Shown here one piece after another: positions 22,707-33,703 of a stretch of DNA of 33,703 nt. The DNA comes from Hyphochytrium catenoides (taxonomy: Eukaryota > Protista > Hyphochytriomycota). Where the stretch lies: NCBI GenBank assembly GCA_900088475.1, contig FLMG01000938.1:1-33703 (forward strand). The letters run 5' to 3'. The position numbers and the translations under genes were made by a program. The notes under the pieces were generated by a model. It worked only from the letters and a program-made list of their open reading frames with translations, was not told where the DNA came from and searched no databases. Every line of letters starts with the position of its first letter. The stretch's first letter is position 1.

Positions 22707-25700
22707 CTACTTGCGTTCGTACTCCAGCACCACAGTGCCCACATGGGAGAGAGAGGCTTTGGAAGAGGGAGAGGAACTGGCTCCAGATTTCCCTTCCTTC
22801 TGTCCCTTCACTCCTCTCAGACCTGCGACATAGGTCACAGCTTTGACTGGGTTGGTTCCTCTGCTAATTCCTGTCTGCGTCTCTCCGTCCTTGGTAGGGA
22901 ATGTCTGGCTTATGTTGTCCCGCCTAAAGTGGCTTGCATTTGTTTGAGTGGAGTGGGTTTGGGCCTACATGTCGCACAGGACAAGCAAAATAAAAAGGAA
23001 CATCGGAGAGAACATGAGCCACGACCACGTAAATATTCCTGTGAAGCGGCTGGGCTAGAAAGAGAGAAAATGCGAGGAAGCGCACAATTCACGAGATGCG
23101 ATGAAAATCTCTGGCGTATACAATACTTTATAGAGGCAACGGAAGAGGTCTAACTTTTCTTTGAAGATACAAGCAGTGGCAGTGGAGTCGGTGAGGTGAG
23201 GCGAAGAGAAGTGAAGGTAGATGAGCTTTAGAGGACTACTAGTAGCAAGGTGGCAGAGTAAGACGTCAACACAGACTAAGCAAGGACGACATGGAGAACA
23301 AGCAGGCTATCTTAGCAAGACTACCTACCTTTCTCAGATTGACGACCCTTAGTGCTCTTCTTCGCAGTTCCCATTCATTCCAGTGGTAATTGACGTCAAT
23401 GTGCTTCTTTATAAAGTGAGTTGGAGTTTCGGTCGAGGCGTCTCGCTTCTGAACTAAAGTGTCAGAAAGGAGCTGATCCACCGTCCCTCCTTTCCTGGTG
23501 CCATAACCGTTCTCTCGCAGAATGCGGGACAATGAGACCTCAGGGAAATGTTCCTAGGAACGCCAATGCACGATGTACGTCAAAAAATATGAAGATGACA
23601 AACAAAAAGAACAGATGAAGCTAAAACAGCTGATGAAGCGGAGGGAACAATGCGATGATGAGGGAAGAGGAATATTCCCGGTGGGCCGAGCAGAGAAGCT
23701 AAGGAGAAGTTGCGCTGGACCACCATCAACCACCTAAGCTGCTGCTAACCCGACGTGCAGGCTTTTAGGGTCATTGCTTTCGTTGTCATATCTCACCTGC
23801 AGTCTTAACAGATGTATGAGCTCGGGCCTACTTTGACCGAGTCTAAGGATGTTGTCGATATAGTATTGAGGCTGCTGCATGAACGCTTTCATTGCTGCAG
23901 CATCTGCGAAGACTGCAAACTTGTTCCGGTACCGAACCACCCCTAGGGAAAGATTACCTGGTGACAAAGAGAAAGCAGAGAAGTAGAGTGAAGAGCGCGG
24001 ATGTTATAGCGAGCATATCAGAGAAAAGAAAATGCGGAAGATATGCATAGGCTAGTCTTGGTCAGGGCCGACACAAGGGTGAGATAGATTGCATCCCTTG
24101 CAAAATAGAAGCTATACTAATAAAATATGGACGACGTAACGAGTACTTCTTGGCTTTACTCGCCTGGAAGCAGCAGTCCATCTCTGTGTATCATCGTCCA
24201 AGGACAATAGCCCTGGAAGTCTATAGGAATCTGAAGGAAGTTCGGAGTGTTCTCAGGGTTGAGGACGACAGGTTGGTCATCTCCCTCCACTCCTAGAGAC
24301 TGGCGGTTTGGTTGTAGATGGCTGGAGGAGGTGCGAGAGGTTGTGGTAGAGGAAGAAGAAGATGAAGGCGTCTTCGGCGAGGAAGCCTGCTGCTCTCTTG
24401 AAGAAGCGCTTGGGATTTCTATAGAGAATGAGGGTTCTTGGTTCTGTTGAGGGACGGGGGGCACGAAGGCAAGAGATAATAAGTGTTCTGAATCGAACAA
24501 CCAAGAGAGAATAGGTGAAGGCATCAAGAGCTCCTTACCACCGGCGCCGTGACTCTCATTTCGAGAACTTTATTGCTCTCGGAGCTCTCAGCTTGAGCAG
24601 GCCCGCTTTTGCGCATTACCTGCAAGATGGCTGCGGCACAGGGGAGAGAAACGAGACGGCCACCCAAGAGCGTGCGTTAGGTTTGGGAAGTTGTGGGCTA
24701 CACTCGAAGGTATGATGCCCCAAAGTGAACCAGACAGGCTGTTTAAGTGGGAGGTATTGACAACACCCAGGCACAAAGAGAGACAAAGACAAGCTTTTTG
24801 ATGTCGCTAAAGGGAAGCTCCACCCTCTTTGAGCTGGCAGGAAACCCTCACACAGCGAGTGCAAGTAGCGTGTTGACTAGGCACAAATGAACGACAATGA
24901 CGCGGAGCAATGACGGTGTCATGATAGCTAAGAAACAGTCAGAGAGAAGGAGATGCGGCCGAACGACGACAGAAATCGAACGGCCTGCATGCCTCGGTCG
25001 TACGTGATGCTAATAGGGTTGCCTTGTACGACTGCTGAAAGTTTCTTAGTGATGCCCACGTATTGGCCCTTGCCTTAAGCCTCTTCCTGCCTTCTTTCAC
25101 CAGCTTGAAGGTCATTGCCAGTTTGTCAAATTTCGGGTAAACTGCCTCCTTTGACACAGCGGAGCGTCCACCCACCATGCTGCGTGTGCAAAAAGAACGT
25201 TAGTTTAGAGGAGTATCAGGAAAAGAGGCAGAGATGGCATTGGACCCACGGTCCCTCAACAGGCACGAGCAAGAATTAAAGGTTCTCTCATTTCAAGAAC
25301 CTCTTTAAGTCCGCGAGGTCGCTCATGAAGCCCTTAGTGGCCGCTGATATCTTGTCCGAGACAGCCCGAACATCTTCTAGGAGGCTCTGACAAAGAGAAA
25401 GATATTGCCGACGGTTGTTCAGCTCCTGCTTCCAGCGATTTTCCTCCTCCTTTGTGGCAAGCTGAGAGAAGATGGCTGGTCAGTCACTAGCTTGAACCTC
25501 TTTCCGGCTTTTTTCATATTTTGTTCTTTCTTCCAGCTTCTCATTAGGTGACTCTTCGACCTGAGCCTACCCCAAGGAATAGTGCCAATAAATTACTGAC
25601 GAGAGCCATCGCACCTGCGCTTTCGTGGTGTGAATGAAGAGGTAGACGTCGCTGTACAAGGTGGTCACCTCTGACACTGCAGCCACCTCCTGTTCAAGCT

Positions 25701-27287
25701 CGTAAATGAGTGTCGATGCTTCCTGAGGTCCTAGGCTCAAAGAGTCATCGATGCCAGCACCACCCTTCCCTACGACAGCGAGAGGTGTACGGCACGCAAG
25801 GTTTAGCTAGACAGAGGTAAAAGGAATATAGATTTTCCACATATTTCTGGGCAAGAGAGGACGCACCGAGGAACGAGAGGGGTTGTAACAAGTCAAAAAC
25901 TTGGCGGTAGAGGATCCCGGGTAAGAGCAAACGAGGACTAAGCACAGCGAAAAGAGAGCGTGGAAGGAAGAGAATGGATAGACTTTGAACACCATGAAAC
26001 ATACTGAGAGCTCTTGGCTCTTACCGATCTCCCTATTGTACAAGCGAATGCCGAGGACAAGCCTGGCCAACTCCTCAGTCTGTTGACGCTTCTGCTCCCC
26101 TGCCAACTGGAAGAATGAACGCAGGCCGATCCGAGGAAAGACACTCTCCATCGCCGCCATTACTTCTCTCTCGACCGCCTTCTCTCCAATGCTATCGTCT
26201 GCTATCCTCAGCATTACAGCGTCGAAAATCTGTCGGGTTAGCCTTCCTGTTAGAAGAACACTCATGAAGGCAAGGAGAGAGAGAGAGAGATGGAGAGAAA
26301 ATTGGGACAGGAAGAAGCAAAGCAGCGAGGTAGGACTAACAGGGACCATCCTGCGTGAGTCTCGCATCAACCTCATGCAAAGGAAGCCTCATCGTTCAGG
26401 CAGACAGAAGTTAAAGAGAGAAGATGGGGAAGGAGCGTAGGAAGGAGCTGCCTGCAAGGGTCTTTACTAGATGCGGTGGGAGCGATCGGCCAGAGAGCTG
26501 GCCGTGCCCCGCGGCTTAGAAAGAGCCTCTCAATCTATAATCTATAAAGCCAGAACGAAGCCGGTAGTCCACTAACCAGTTTGTACGTCTCGGTGAGCAC
26601 TTCGAAGTCCTCAGCGTGCTTGGGCCGGATGGCTACAATCTGCTTGTGTACATCGTCTACCTTTCCATTCATTGTCTCTAGCCACTCCTCGAACTCTTCC
26701 TCATTCTGCAGGGGAACCCATAATGTGAAGAGCTGACCCTAGTTCAAGCGAAAGCTCCAGAAGTTTGATCCCTGCGTCTCTATCTTTCTGCGCGAGTGCC
26801 TTGGTCTCTTGCCTTGCCCATGCTATGTCCCTTACCCTTTGCTACCTGTTTGTAGTTCTGTCTCCTTCTGATCTAACCTCTCTCACCCCTACATTGCTGT
26901 CACTCCGCCGCAGCCCACTCTCACTCCGCCCCACGTTACTAACTATTCACGAACCTGGACGTAGGTAGCATCAAAAGCCACTTGCATTTTGATGGTTTCC
27001 AATGATGGAGAATCATCCTCTGTAAGTCTTTGCACTGAGGCGTCGACGAGTCGGTTAATCTCATCATCGGTGACACTAGAATCCAAGCAGTATCTGCTAG
27101 GATTCTCCTGAATTATCTACGGAGAGGTATGAATGCATAATAAATGCACGTTCTTCCAGAGATCCTTCTTGACCAATTGCTAACTTACCGATCTCACGAT
27201 GAAAGCAGCAAGCATCTCCGAGGTCGGCCGCGACTTGAGCCTACAGCCCCGCACAATGGCTTGAATAACAGCTTTAATATCCACCAT
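22707..27287 (-). CDS. CFAP206: Cilia- and flagella-associated protein 206 (radial-spoke base adaptor), ~12 exons
   Basis: Exons 27287-27189, 27116-26955, 26705-26577, 26229-26025, 25769-25615, 25461-25301, 25179-~24993/25004, 24619-24539, 24443-24164, 23957-23797, 23553-23329, 22964-22707. Motifs: SEMLAAFIVRS, PSLETIKMQVAFD, REVMAAMESVFP, GIRLYNREIGKGGAGIDD, FQGYCPWT..RDGLLLPGN..GVVRY, PELIHLLRLQ, YHWNEWELRRRAL, THSTQTNASHFRRDN, YVAGLRG. Confidence 0.95.
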
Positions 27288-28499
27288 CGTAGCTACCTAA
27301 GCTCTGAAAGTTCAGAGGTGTTTAGACTTCTTTCCGACCTGTGGACCTTTGAGCCTGCTTTCGGGTAAGCATAGGCCCTTCAGGCTCTTTCGCTTCTCCC
27401 TTTGGTCGGGAGACTAGTCTTCGTGGCGACTAATCTGAAGCTTCCGGACGCCACACCAGGGATCTGCACGATTGGCTTGTCAAGACTTTGGTGTAACGCC
27501 TCTTGTTGGTGCAATAATTGAAAGAATGAGGCTCGAAAGATAGGGATACCTATGAAAACAAAGCTGAATTATTCAGGGAAGGAAACCTATTGAAACTTAT
27601 CCATCACTGATGTTTCTCAATGCATTTTTCTGAAAGTGCTGCTTCTTCCTTCTTTGATGGCCACCAGCGACGGCAGTCCCACTCCTTGACGTCAATGCAG
27701 GCCTTAGCCCTTCCTTACACTGATATAACTAGCCAAGCTCTCCTCTGACTATTGGAACTAGGTGCGGTGTATCATGAGCTATATGGCTGTGTGACCGGTC
27801 ATGGACAAAGCGGGCAAAGCCACAGCAGAGCTTGGTAAGCTCGGCCTTCCTGTCTTTCGCATCCTGCATTCATCAGTAAAAGAGCATCCACACGCACACG
27901 GTCTGGTATGACCTGTCGCCACACTACACACTAACAGAGAGATGATGGAGTGGCGCGCTTCTTCTTTGACCAAGGAAAATTGTATGTAAAGGCGTTTATC
28001 AAGAGGGCGACAACAAGGGCAGGGCCCGGACAGTATCTTGCCAACGTTGCCAATAAGGTCCTGACGCTAGTGCATTAGAGGCAAGGCATGCAATGTATAG
28101 TATATATCCCTTCAATGTAGTAGCTGGTTGCAACAGCGCACCAAGGGAGACTTATCGAGGAAAGGTTAGGGTTCCACGGAGGTACTATACCGAGAGAGAG
28201 CACCAGTCTAAATGACAGAGTCAATGCACCGAAGCGACGTCGTCCCTCAATAAACAGGAGGCATTATTGCGACTGATAAGCTAGCAGAAAATGTCACAAG
28301 GGGCTTCGTCATTTTATCGTTTGTGGCGGAGTGCCAAAGCTTGTCATCTCCCGCTTGACAATCGTGCCAAGATTGATTCTAAGCCCCAGCTATGGAAGAC
28401 TTCTGCTTCCCTCTTTAGAGGTGCTCCGCTCTCCCCTCACCAGATCGCTGCACAGCCATCTCGTCGTAGTCGGAGACTCTCCAGACGAAGAGGACTGCC

Positions 28500-30430
28500 T
28501 GAGCCCTAAGCTAATCTTTGGCACAAACATGACCACACCTCACGCGAAGACGCTCATCGTGCTCACAGCTCGTCGTCCATACGAAGACTAGCCAAAAGGG
28601 ACACATTGCAATAATATACAGATTTATACTCTTTAGATCCATAGCAAGAGCACAATAATGTGCCCACTATGACCACGGCGATTGCTGTAACGTCTCCCAA
28701 CTCGTCGAAACACAGGCGACTTTTAGCAGCAGAGCCGTCTGTCAGTTGTACAGCTCTGGCTCAATGAGCAGAGCGCAACCAGCAGGCCATTCGTCTGCGT
28801 TAGAACTGATGAATTAAAGTCTTCGTCCTAGCAAAAACCTACAATGAAAGGCGTGATCGCCAAATATATCGCCTGAATGCTGCCTGTGGATCCAGAGGAA
28901 GAGCCAATGCGCTCTCAGCTGCACTGCTTCGCCCTTCACCGCGTCACAGTTGGAAGTAATGACTGTTCCTGAGCATAGACAACATGTATTCCATTCCCAA
29001 CCAAGTTCTGCACATTGAGGGTTTGGGGGCTGTCTGTAGCCTTTGTAGATAAAATTTTTGAAGGTTCTGGTGGTAAGCGGAGCTCTGTCAGAGCCAGGGC
29101 GTCGTCTCAGAGATAGCATCCCCAGATGAACGGGATGTACGGGAAGAACTATTTCTTAGTACGCAGGGTTGAGCATATCTTTTTTTCTCAAAAGGAGGAC
29201 GGCAGAAAGTCCGTCATCACTTCCACCAGTCTGATCCCTAATCATAACATAGACGACGGAAAGCATAGACAAGCAGGTCTGACTTTGTAGTGTTATCAGT
29301 TGCAACAGTGGGGAGAGAAAGTTCAACATAGGTAGCAAAGTCATTGGCCTCACTCATTATGAACCAAAATTTGAGGACCAGCTTGCTTGGTCGATTGGTA
29401 TCTTTCCTATCGTTGGTAAAGTAGTAGAAGTCTCCTCCACCTCATCCAGCTCTCCTCTGGTCATTGGATAGTGGTCTTAGCCAAGAGAATCTCTTTCCCA
29501 GTTCAACGCATTTTTCTATGTTGGAGGTACAAAGATATACCCAGCTGATAGGGTGATGATGACGAAGGCAAGGGTACTTCGCTGCTTCTTTGTGCTACGT
29601 CTACTTGTCATCATCATCCTGGAAGGAAGGAGAAAATCTTGCACTCCAAGGAATGGAAGGCAGCAGCCCAAACGCGCCATTGTCGAACTTCAGAATCTTG
29701 AGGTGCAGCGGTTGCTGGCCAAAGAGTTTCTTCTGTTGGGACACAGACATACGCAAAAGATAAGGGCCATAGTCCTTACTGGCCGGGTAGGAGAATCCTT
29801 GCGTGCGGTCTTCAAGATAATCACCTGTTTCCGATCCTTATTGCCGTTGTGGGCTTCCTCTTCTTACTTCTTTCAAGACCTGTATGGATTGTCATTGCGT
29901 ATTAACAAAGAATGGCTGATGGATTCAGTCTTCGTTCTTTCACCTCTGGCGACAGAAAGTTCTGAGGGCTTCGCCTCCATTCAACCCTATTAGCCCCTGT
30001 TGGGACCCTCTCATCTTCTCCCGACACGTCTCATCAGCTGCATCCGTTCTCTCTTATTTCTTGGTGAGCCCTTTTGCACTACCTCTTCTTCCTCAGGTCG
30101 TGAAGAAGTCACAATGGCTAACCTCACAGGTGGCGAGCCTTCTATTCTTGCCTTATTATAAAAGGAAGGTAGCAACACCCGTGAGCCCAAAAAGTTAGAG
30201 AGAGAGTATCCTTCTTCATTTAGCATTGCCAGTTGGCTGTGTATCAGCGCTGCATGGCCAACCTTCTTCCATCTTTGCCCTTTGGTCCCTGTATCCAGCT
30301 AGTAGGATCCTCGATATAACTTGAGTGATGATTGCCCCTTGCTGCTTTGATGCTACTACAATAGCCTGCTTCACAAATATAAAGGAGCGGAGGCAACACT
30401 CCAGAGGCCAAAAGGCACAAGAACATCAGA
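28500..30430 (-). mobile_element. Highly decayed CRE-like non-LTR retrotransposon (reverse transcriptase plus restriction-like endonuclease region)
   Basis: Motif remnants lie in the expected order across frameshifts: LLASGVLP, GPKGKDGRR, PPVRLAIV (RPIA), QQGLIGLNGGEAL, LKEVRRGSP, VSQQKKLFG (GVQQGDPLG), FQDD at ~29613-29624 (YLDD), NIEKCVEL, SPLLQLITLQSQTC, PVHLGMLSLRR (LP..GGLG), GDIFGDHAFHC at 28841-28873, VPFG*SSYG. Confidence 0.7.
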
Positions 30431-32407
30431 GAGGATAACGGTTAGCACCTGCGACTTTTAACAGTGATCCCGATCAGAACCAGGTTCTTGGACAGTCCAA
30501 GATTCGTGTCCTGATCTGGGAGGACAGCAGACAGCAGGGGGAGCATGGATTCGGATAGGTCCAAAAGCTCTAAAGCTTGTACAGCCCCGCACTCCACAGT
30601 CCACAGTGGCGCACTTCTCTCTTCCTCATTACAAAAACACAATCCCACAGAGACCTTACCTGTTCGTATTTGTATCGGTGACAAATAATAGTTCTACAAG
30701 CACTGAAGAATGAACCTGGGAGAATTGTACATATCTTATTACTGAAAGTATGCTTCCCTATTATTTAGATAGGTTTTAGAACCTCATCGCGTCAGTTGAC
30801 TGTATGGCCTGTTCGATAGCAAGGCCCTGCATGCAAGGCGCCACAGCTCCAAAATTTATGAAAACCTTTATTCACAATTCACCCATAGCTAATAAATTGA
30901 GGCCTTATTTAGGAAGTAGCTAGTAGGTCTATCGCCTTTTGTAAAAACGATCCTAGCATGAAGAATAGTGCTACTTTTGTAAACCACACTAAAGCCCAGA
31001 ATCTATCTGCTCTTATTGATGACTCTATAGTTTCAGTAGAGTGAACACACTAGAGAAGATGAAAAATATTGTTAGTTTCCCGAACGAATACGTTTTTACC
31101 TTCCTTAGAAAGTCCATAAACAGACACGGTTGTTACTCCGAAAGAACGACAGGAGGTAATAAGTTATAGGTAAAAGAGCCTATAAAGAGAAAAAGAAACA
31201 GAACACCCGCCATCACAACAGTTCTCTGCTCAAAAATTTGGTCGCCATTCGAGACCTCTCACAGCCTGCCCAATCAGAACCGTAGAGAGAGCAATACTTT
31301 ATACACAGCAACCCCGATAAGAGGTTCTACATCTACTTGCTAGTAAAAGTGCAGAACAAAGGTTATCGGGTTAGGATAGGTTTAGAACAGTAAACTATTG
31401 CTAGGCAGGAGTGAAAAACATCTTAGGCATAGTGACCATGATGGCGCTTGATGGCTGATGATGCCGCTCTGGAGGAAGATCCTAGCTTTGCCTTCTCCCA
31501 AGATAAAGAGGACAACGGTTCACTTTCTCTCTTGAAGGCTGTGACTTTTTTAAGCTTCTCGGAAGGGGCAAGCACCTGTGAAGCGTTGTCAGGAGTGCAA
31601 TATGATCAGTGCCTTATTAGTTCTTGGTAACCAGGAAAGCAGGGTGAAGCACCTGTGCCTCGAAGCTCTCAGGAAGAAACGCAGACCTGCAATCTTTGGC
31701 TCCCAAACAGTCTTCCTCCGCCTTCATGTTCCTCCTTCCCATCACTGCGGGTGGTGGTAGGAAAGGCACTTTGCGTGGATCCCATAAGCCGTAGATGCCT
31801 CACTCCAGCCCAGGATACTACTTTAGTGGGAGAAGATCACAAGGATAGTTGGAGACACCAAATTTTGGTCGCAGCGGAGTGGCTATTAGTCGGCCAATAG
31901 ACTCGACATGACCTTCAGCAAGCGAGAACCGACCTCTAGTCTCTTGCTGGGCTGCAGCTCTTTCGTTGTGTTCCTTCCGTCTAGTCCTAAAAGCGCCAGA
32001 GAGGTCATCAATCAAGAGCGTGGTTCCTTTGTTAGAATGGTTTGCCGCTGGGTTTATTGACAGCACAGCCCTCACCATTCAGCAGCTTCTCTCTTGTCTT
32101 TCACTTTCTGCTAGGAAGAATCCCACAGACCAGCTCCCTCCTCCATCCTCACCGTTTTCTTTAGAAATAAACACACATTCTCACGCTTACTGTTCGTATC
32201 GAAAAGCTAGACACTTGCCCTTGTCGACCCCACTTCCAATCTTTCAGTCCCTCAGACATAAGCATCAGCGCCGGTTGGTACTACTCTGTGTACAGAGTCG
32301 ACCGTCAATCGAGTGCTAAAGACTCTAGGTACATCTTTAACATTTACACGTGGATTGTGGTACTGGAAAGAGGTTTTTGGAGACTGAGGTTTCCATCTCT
32401 GCTACCA

Positions 32408-33703
32408 ATGGGCAGGCCCTGGGCAAACCGGATCCTTGCGCTATTGCTGCTAGGGACTGCGACTGTAGCCGCTCTAGCGGACGACTTAGACTGTGGAGCA
32501 GGGGAACTACCTGTATCTGTGGAAGGAGGGGAGACAGGATGCGCGACAGTACCGATCTGCACAGGAGGTTTTCCGGATGGCAACTGTCCTGAAGGTGCAT
32601 ACTGCGGCATAGTAAGGACCGGGGTGCTGGGTTGCAAGCTTGAAGATACACCGACTCTGTGGCCATCGCCGAAGCCCCCGGTAGGACCAACTACGCGACC
32701 ACCGGTAGGGCCAACAACCCGCCCACCGGTAGGGCCAACTACAAAACCACCAGTTCCGCCAGGAACCACCAAACCACCGCCACCACCGCCTACTCCCGGT
32801 ACGACCAAGCCACCACCACCCCCGCCTACGCCTGGCACCACCAAGCCACCACNNNNNNNNNNNNNNNNNNNNNNNNNNNNNNNCCACCACCGCCCACGCC
32901 TGGCACCACCAAGCCACCACCACCACCGCCCACGCCTGGCACCACCAAGCCACCACCACCACCGCCCACGCCTGGCACCACCAAGCCACCACCACCACCG
33001 CCCACACCTGGCACCACCAAGCCTCCAGCTCCTACACCCTGGGCCACTACAAAGCCACCTTCTCCACCTCCTCCTACTCCAGAAACCACAAAGCCGCCAG
33101 CTCCTACACCGTGGACTACAACTCCACCACCTCCAGCGCCAACACCATGGGTCACCACCAAGCCACCTCCAGCGCCAACACCATGGGTTACTACCAAGCC
33201 ACCTCCAGCACCAACACCATGGGTTACTACCAAGCCACCCCCAGCGCCAACACCATGGGTCACCACTCCACCACCACCAGCGCCAACTCCATGGGTCACC
33301 ACTCCACCACCACCAGCACCAACGCCATGGGTCACCACTCCACCACCACCAGCGCCAACCCCATGGGTCACCACCAAGCCACCTCCAGCGCCAACCCCAT
33401 GGGTCACCACTCCACCACCACCAGCGCCAACCCCATGGGTCACCACCAAGCCACCTCCAGCGCCAACCCCATGGGTGACCACCAAGCCACCACCAGCGCC
33501 AACCCCATGGGTGATCACCAAGCCACCACCAGCGCCAACGCCATGGGTCACGACTAAGCCACCACCAGCGCCAACGCCATGGGTCACGACCAAGCCACCA
33601 CCCGCGCCAACGCCATGGGTCACCACTCCGCCACCACCAGCGCCAACACCATGGGTCACCACCAAGCCACCACCAGCACCAACACCATGGGTCACCACTC
33701 CGC
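32408..33703 (+). CDS. Secreted mucin/extensin-like protein: signal peptide, six-Cys oomycete-type domain, Pro/Thr(/Trp) tandem repeats; 3' end outside the window
   Basis: ATG 32408 gives MGRPWANRILALLLLGTATVAALA|DDLDCGAGELPVSVEGGETGCATVPICTGGFPDGNCPEGAYCGIVRTGVLGC. Repeats follow: PPVGPTT(R/K), PPPPPTPGTTK, PPPAPTPWVTT(K/P). The frame resumes at 32884 after a mis-sized N gap. Confidence 0.85.
32675..33703 (+). repeat. Coding minisatellite array with 24-, 33- and 36-bp units
   Basis: Three 24-bp units, then several 33-bp units. TGG codons recur every 36 bp from 33112 to 33688 (17 units). Confidence 0.95.

Noticed and set aside
1-27287. Hedgehog/cilium gene cluster (ULK4 + Smoothened-like GPCR + CFAP206)
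   Set aside because: The genes are interspersed with unrelated ones and the GPCR is not demonstrably Smoothened. Co-location is plausibly chance unless conserved synteny is shown.
31309-31385. Imperfect inverted repeat (CCCGATAA/TTATCGGG) and telomere-like words
   Set aside because: Arms are short, there is no TSD, and there is no true tandem telomeric array.
32884-33478. His/Gln-rich C-terminus of the 396-aa ORF, or a programmed frameshift
   Set aside because: Artefact of the 31-N gap. Repeat continuity needs a gap length of 2 mod 3, and the Pro/Thr frame resumes at 32884.
32826-33698. Antisense Gly/Val-rich ORF and the MGHHQATSSAN ORF
   Set aside because: Alternative frames of a stop-free coding tandem repeat. 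There is no independent evidence that they are genes.
33100-33703. CRISPR-like 36-bp periodicity
   Set aside because: There are no unique spacers, it is a contiguous coding minisatellite, and the context is eukaryotic with no cas genes.

Overview
Eukaryotic, intron-rich genomic DNA from a flagellated protist. A stramenopile (oomycete/hyphochytrid-like) origin is inferred from the secreted Cys domain at the window end. The six-frame ORFs are mostly exon fragments, so genes were spliced by hand. Genes in order: ULK4/RUNKEL-type (pseudo)kinase (minus, runs off the left edge); THOC3/TEX1 (plus, head-to-head with ULK4, first intron GC-AG); a 7-TM GPCR of the cAMP-receptor-like/Frizzled-like type; a long coiled-coil gene (minus); a possible small orphan gene; a 2-TM Erf4/GOLGA7/TMEM268-like protein; CFAP206 (minus, at least one GC-AG intron); and a secreted protein with an oomycete-type Cys domain and a Pro/Thr/Trp repeat stalk (runs off the right edge). 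Two intergenic stretches hold heavily decayed transposons: an IS3EU/integrase-core-like DDE relic (~8.6-9.1 kb) and a CRE-like non-LTR retrotransposon relic (~28.5-30.4 kb). TAG/CTA words look over-represented by eye, which may reflect non-CG cytosine methylation and deamination. No clearly novel multi-gene system is evident. All family assignments come from remembered motifs, not database searches.
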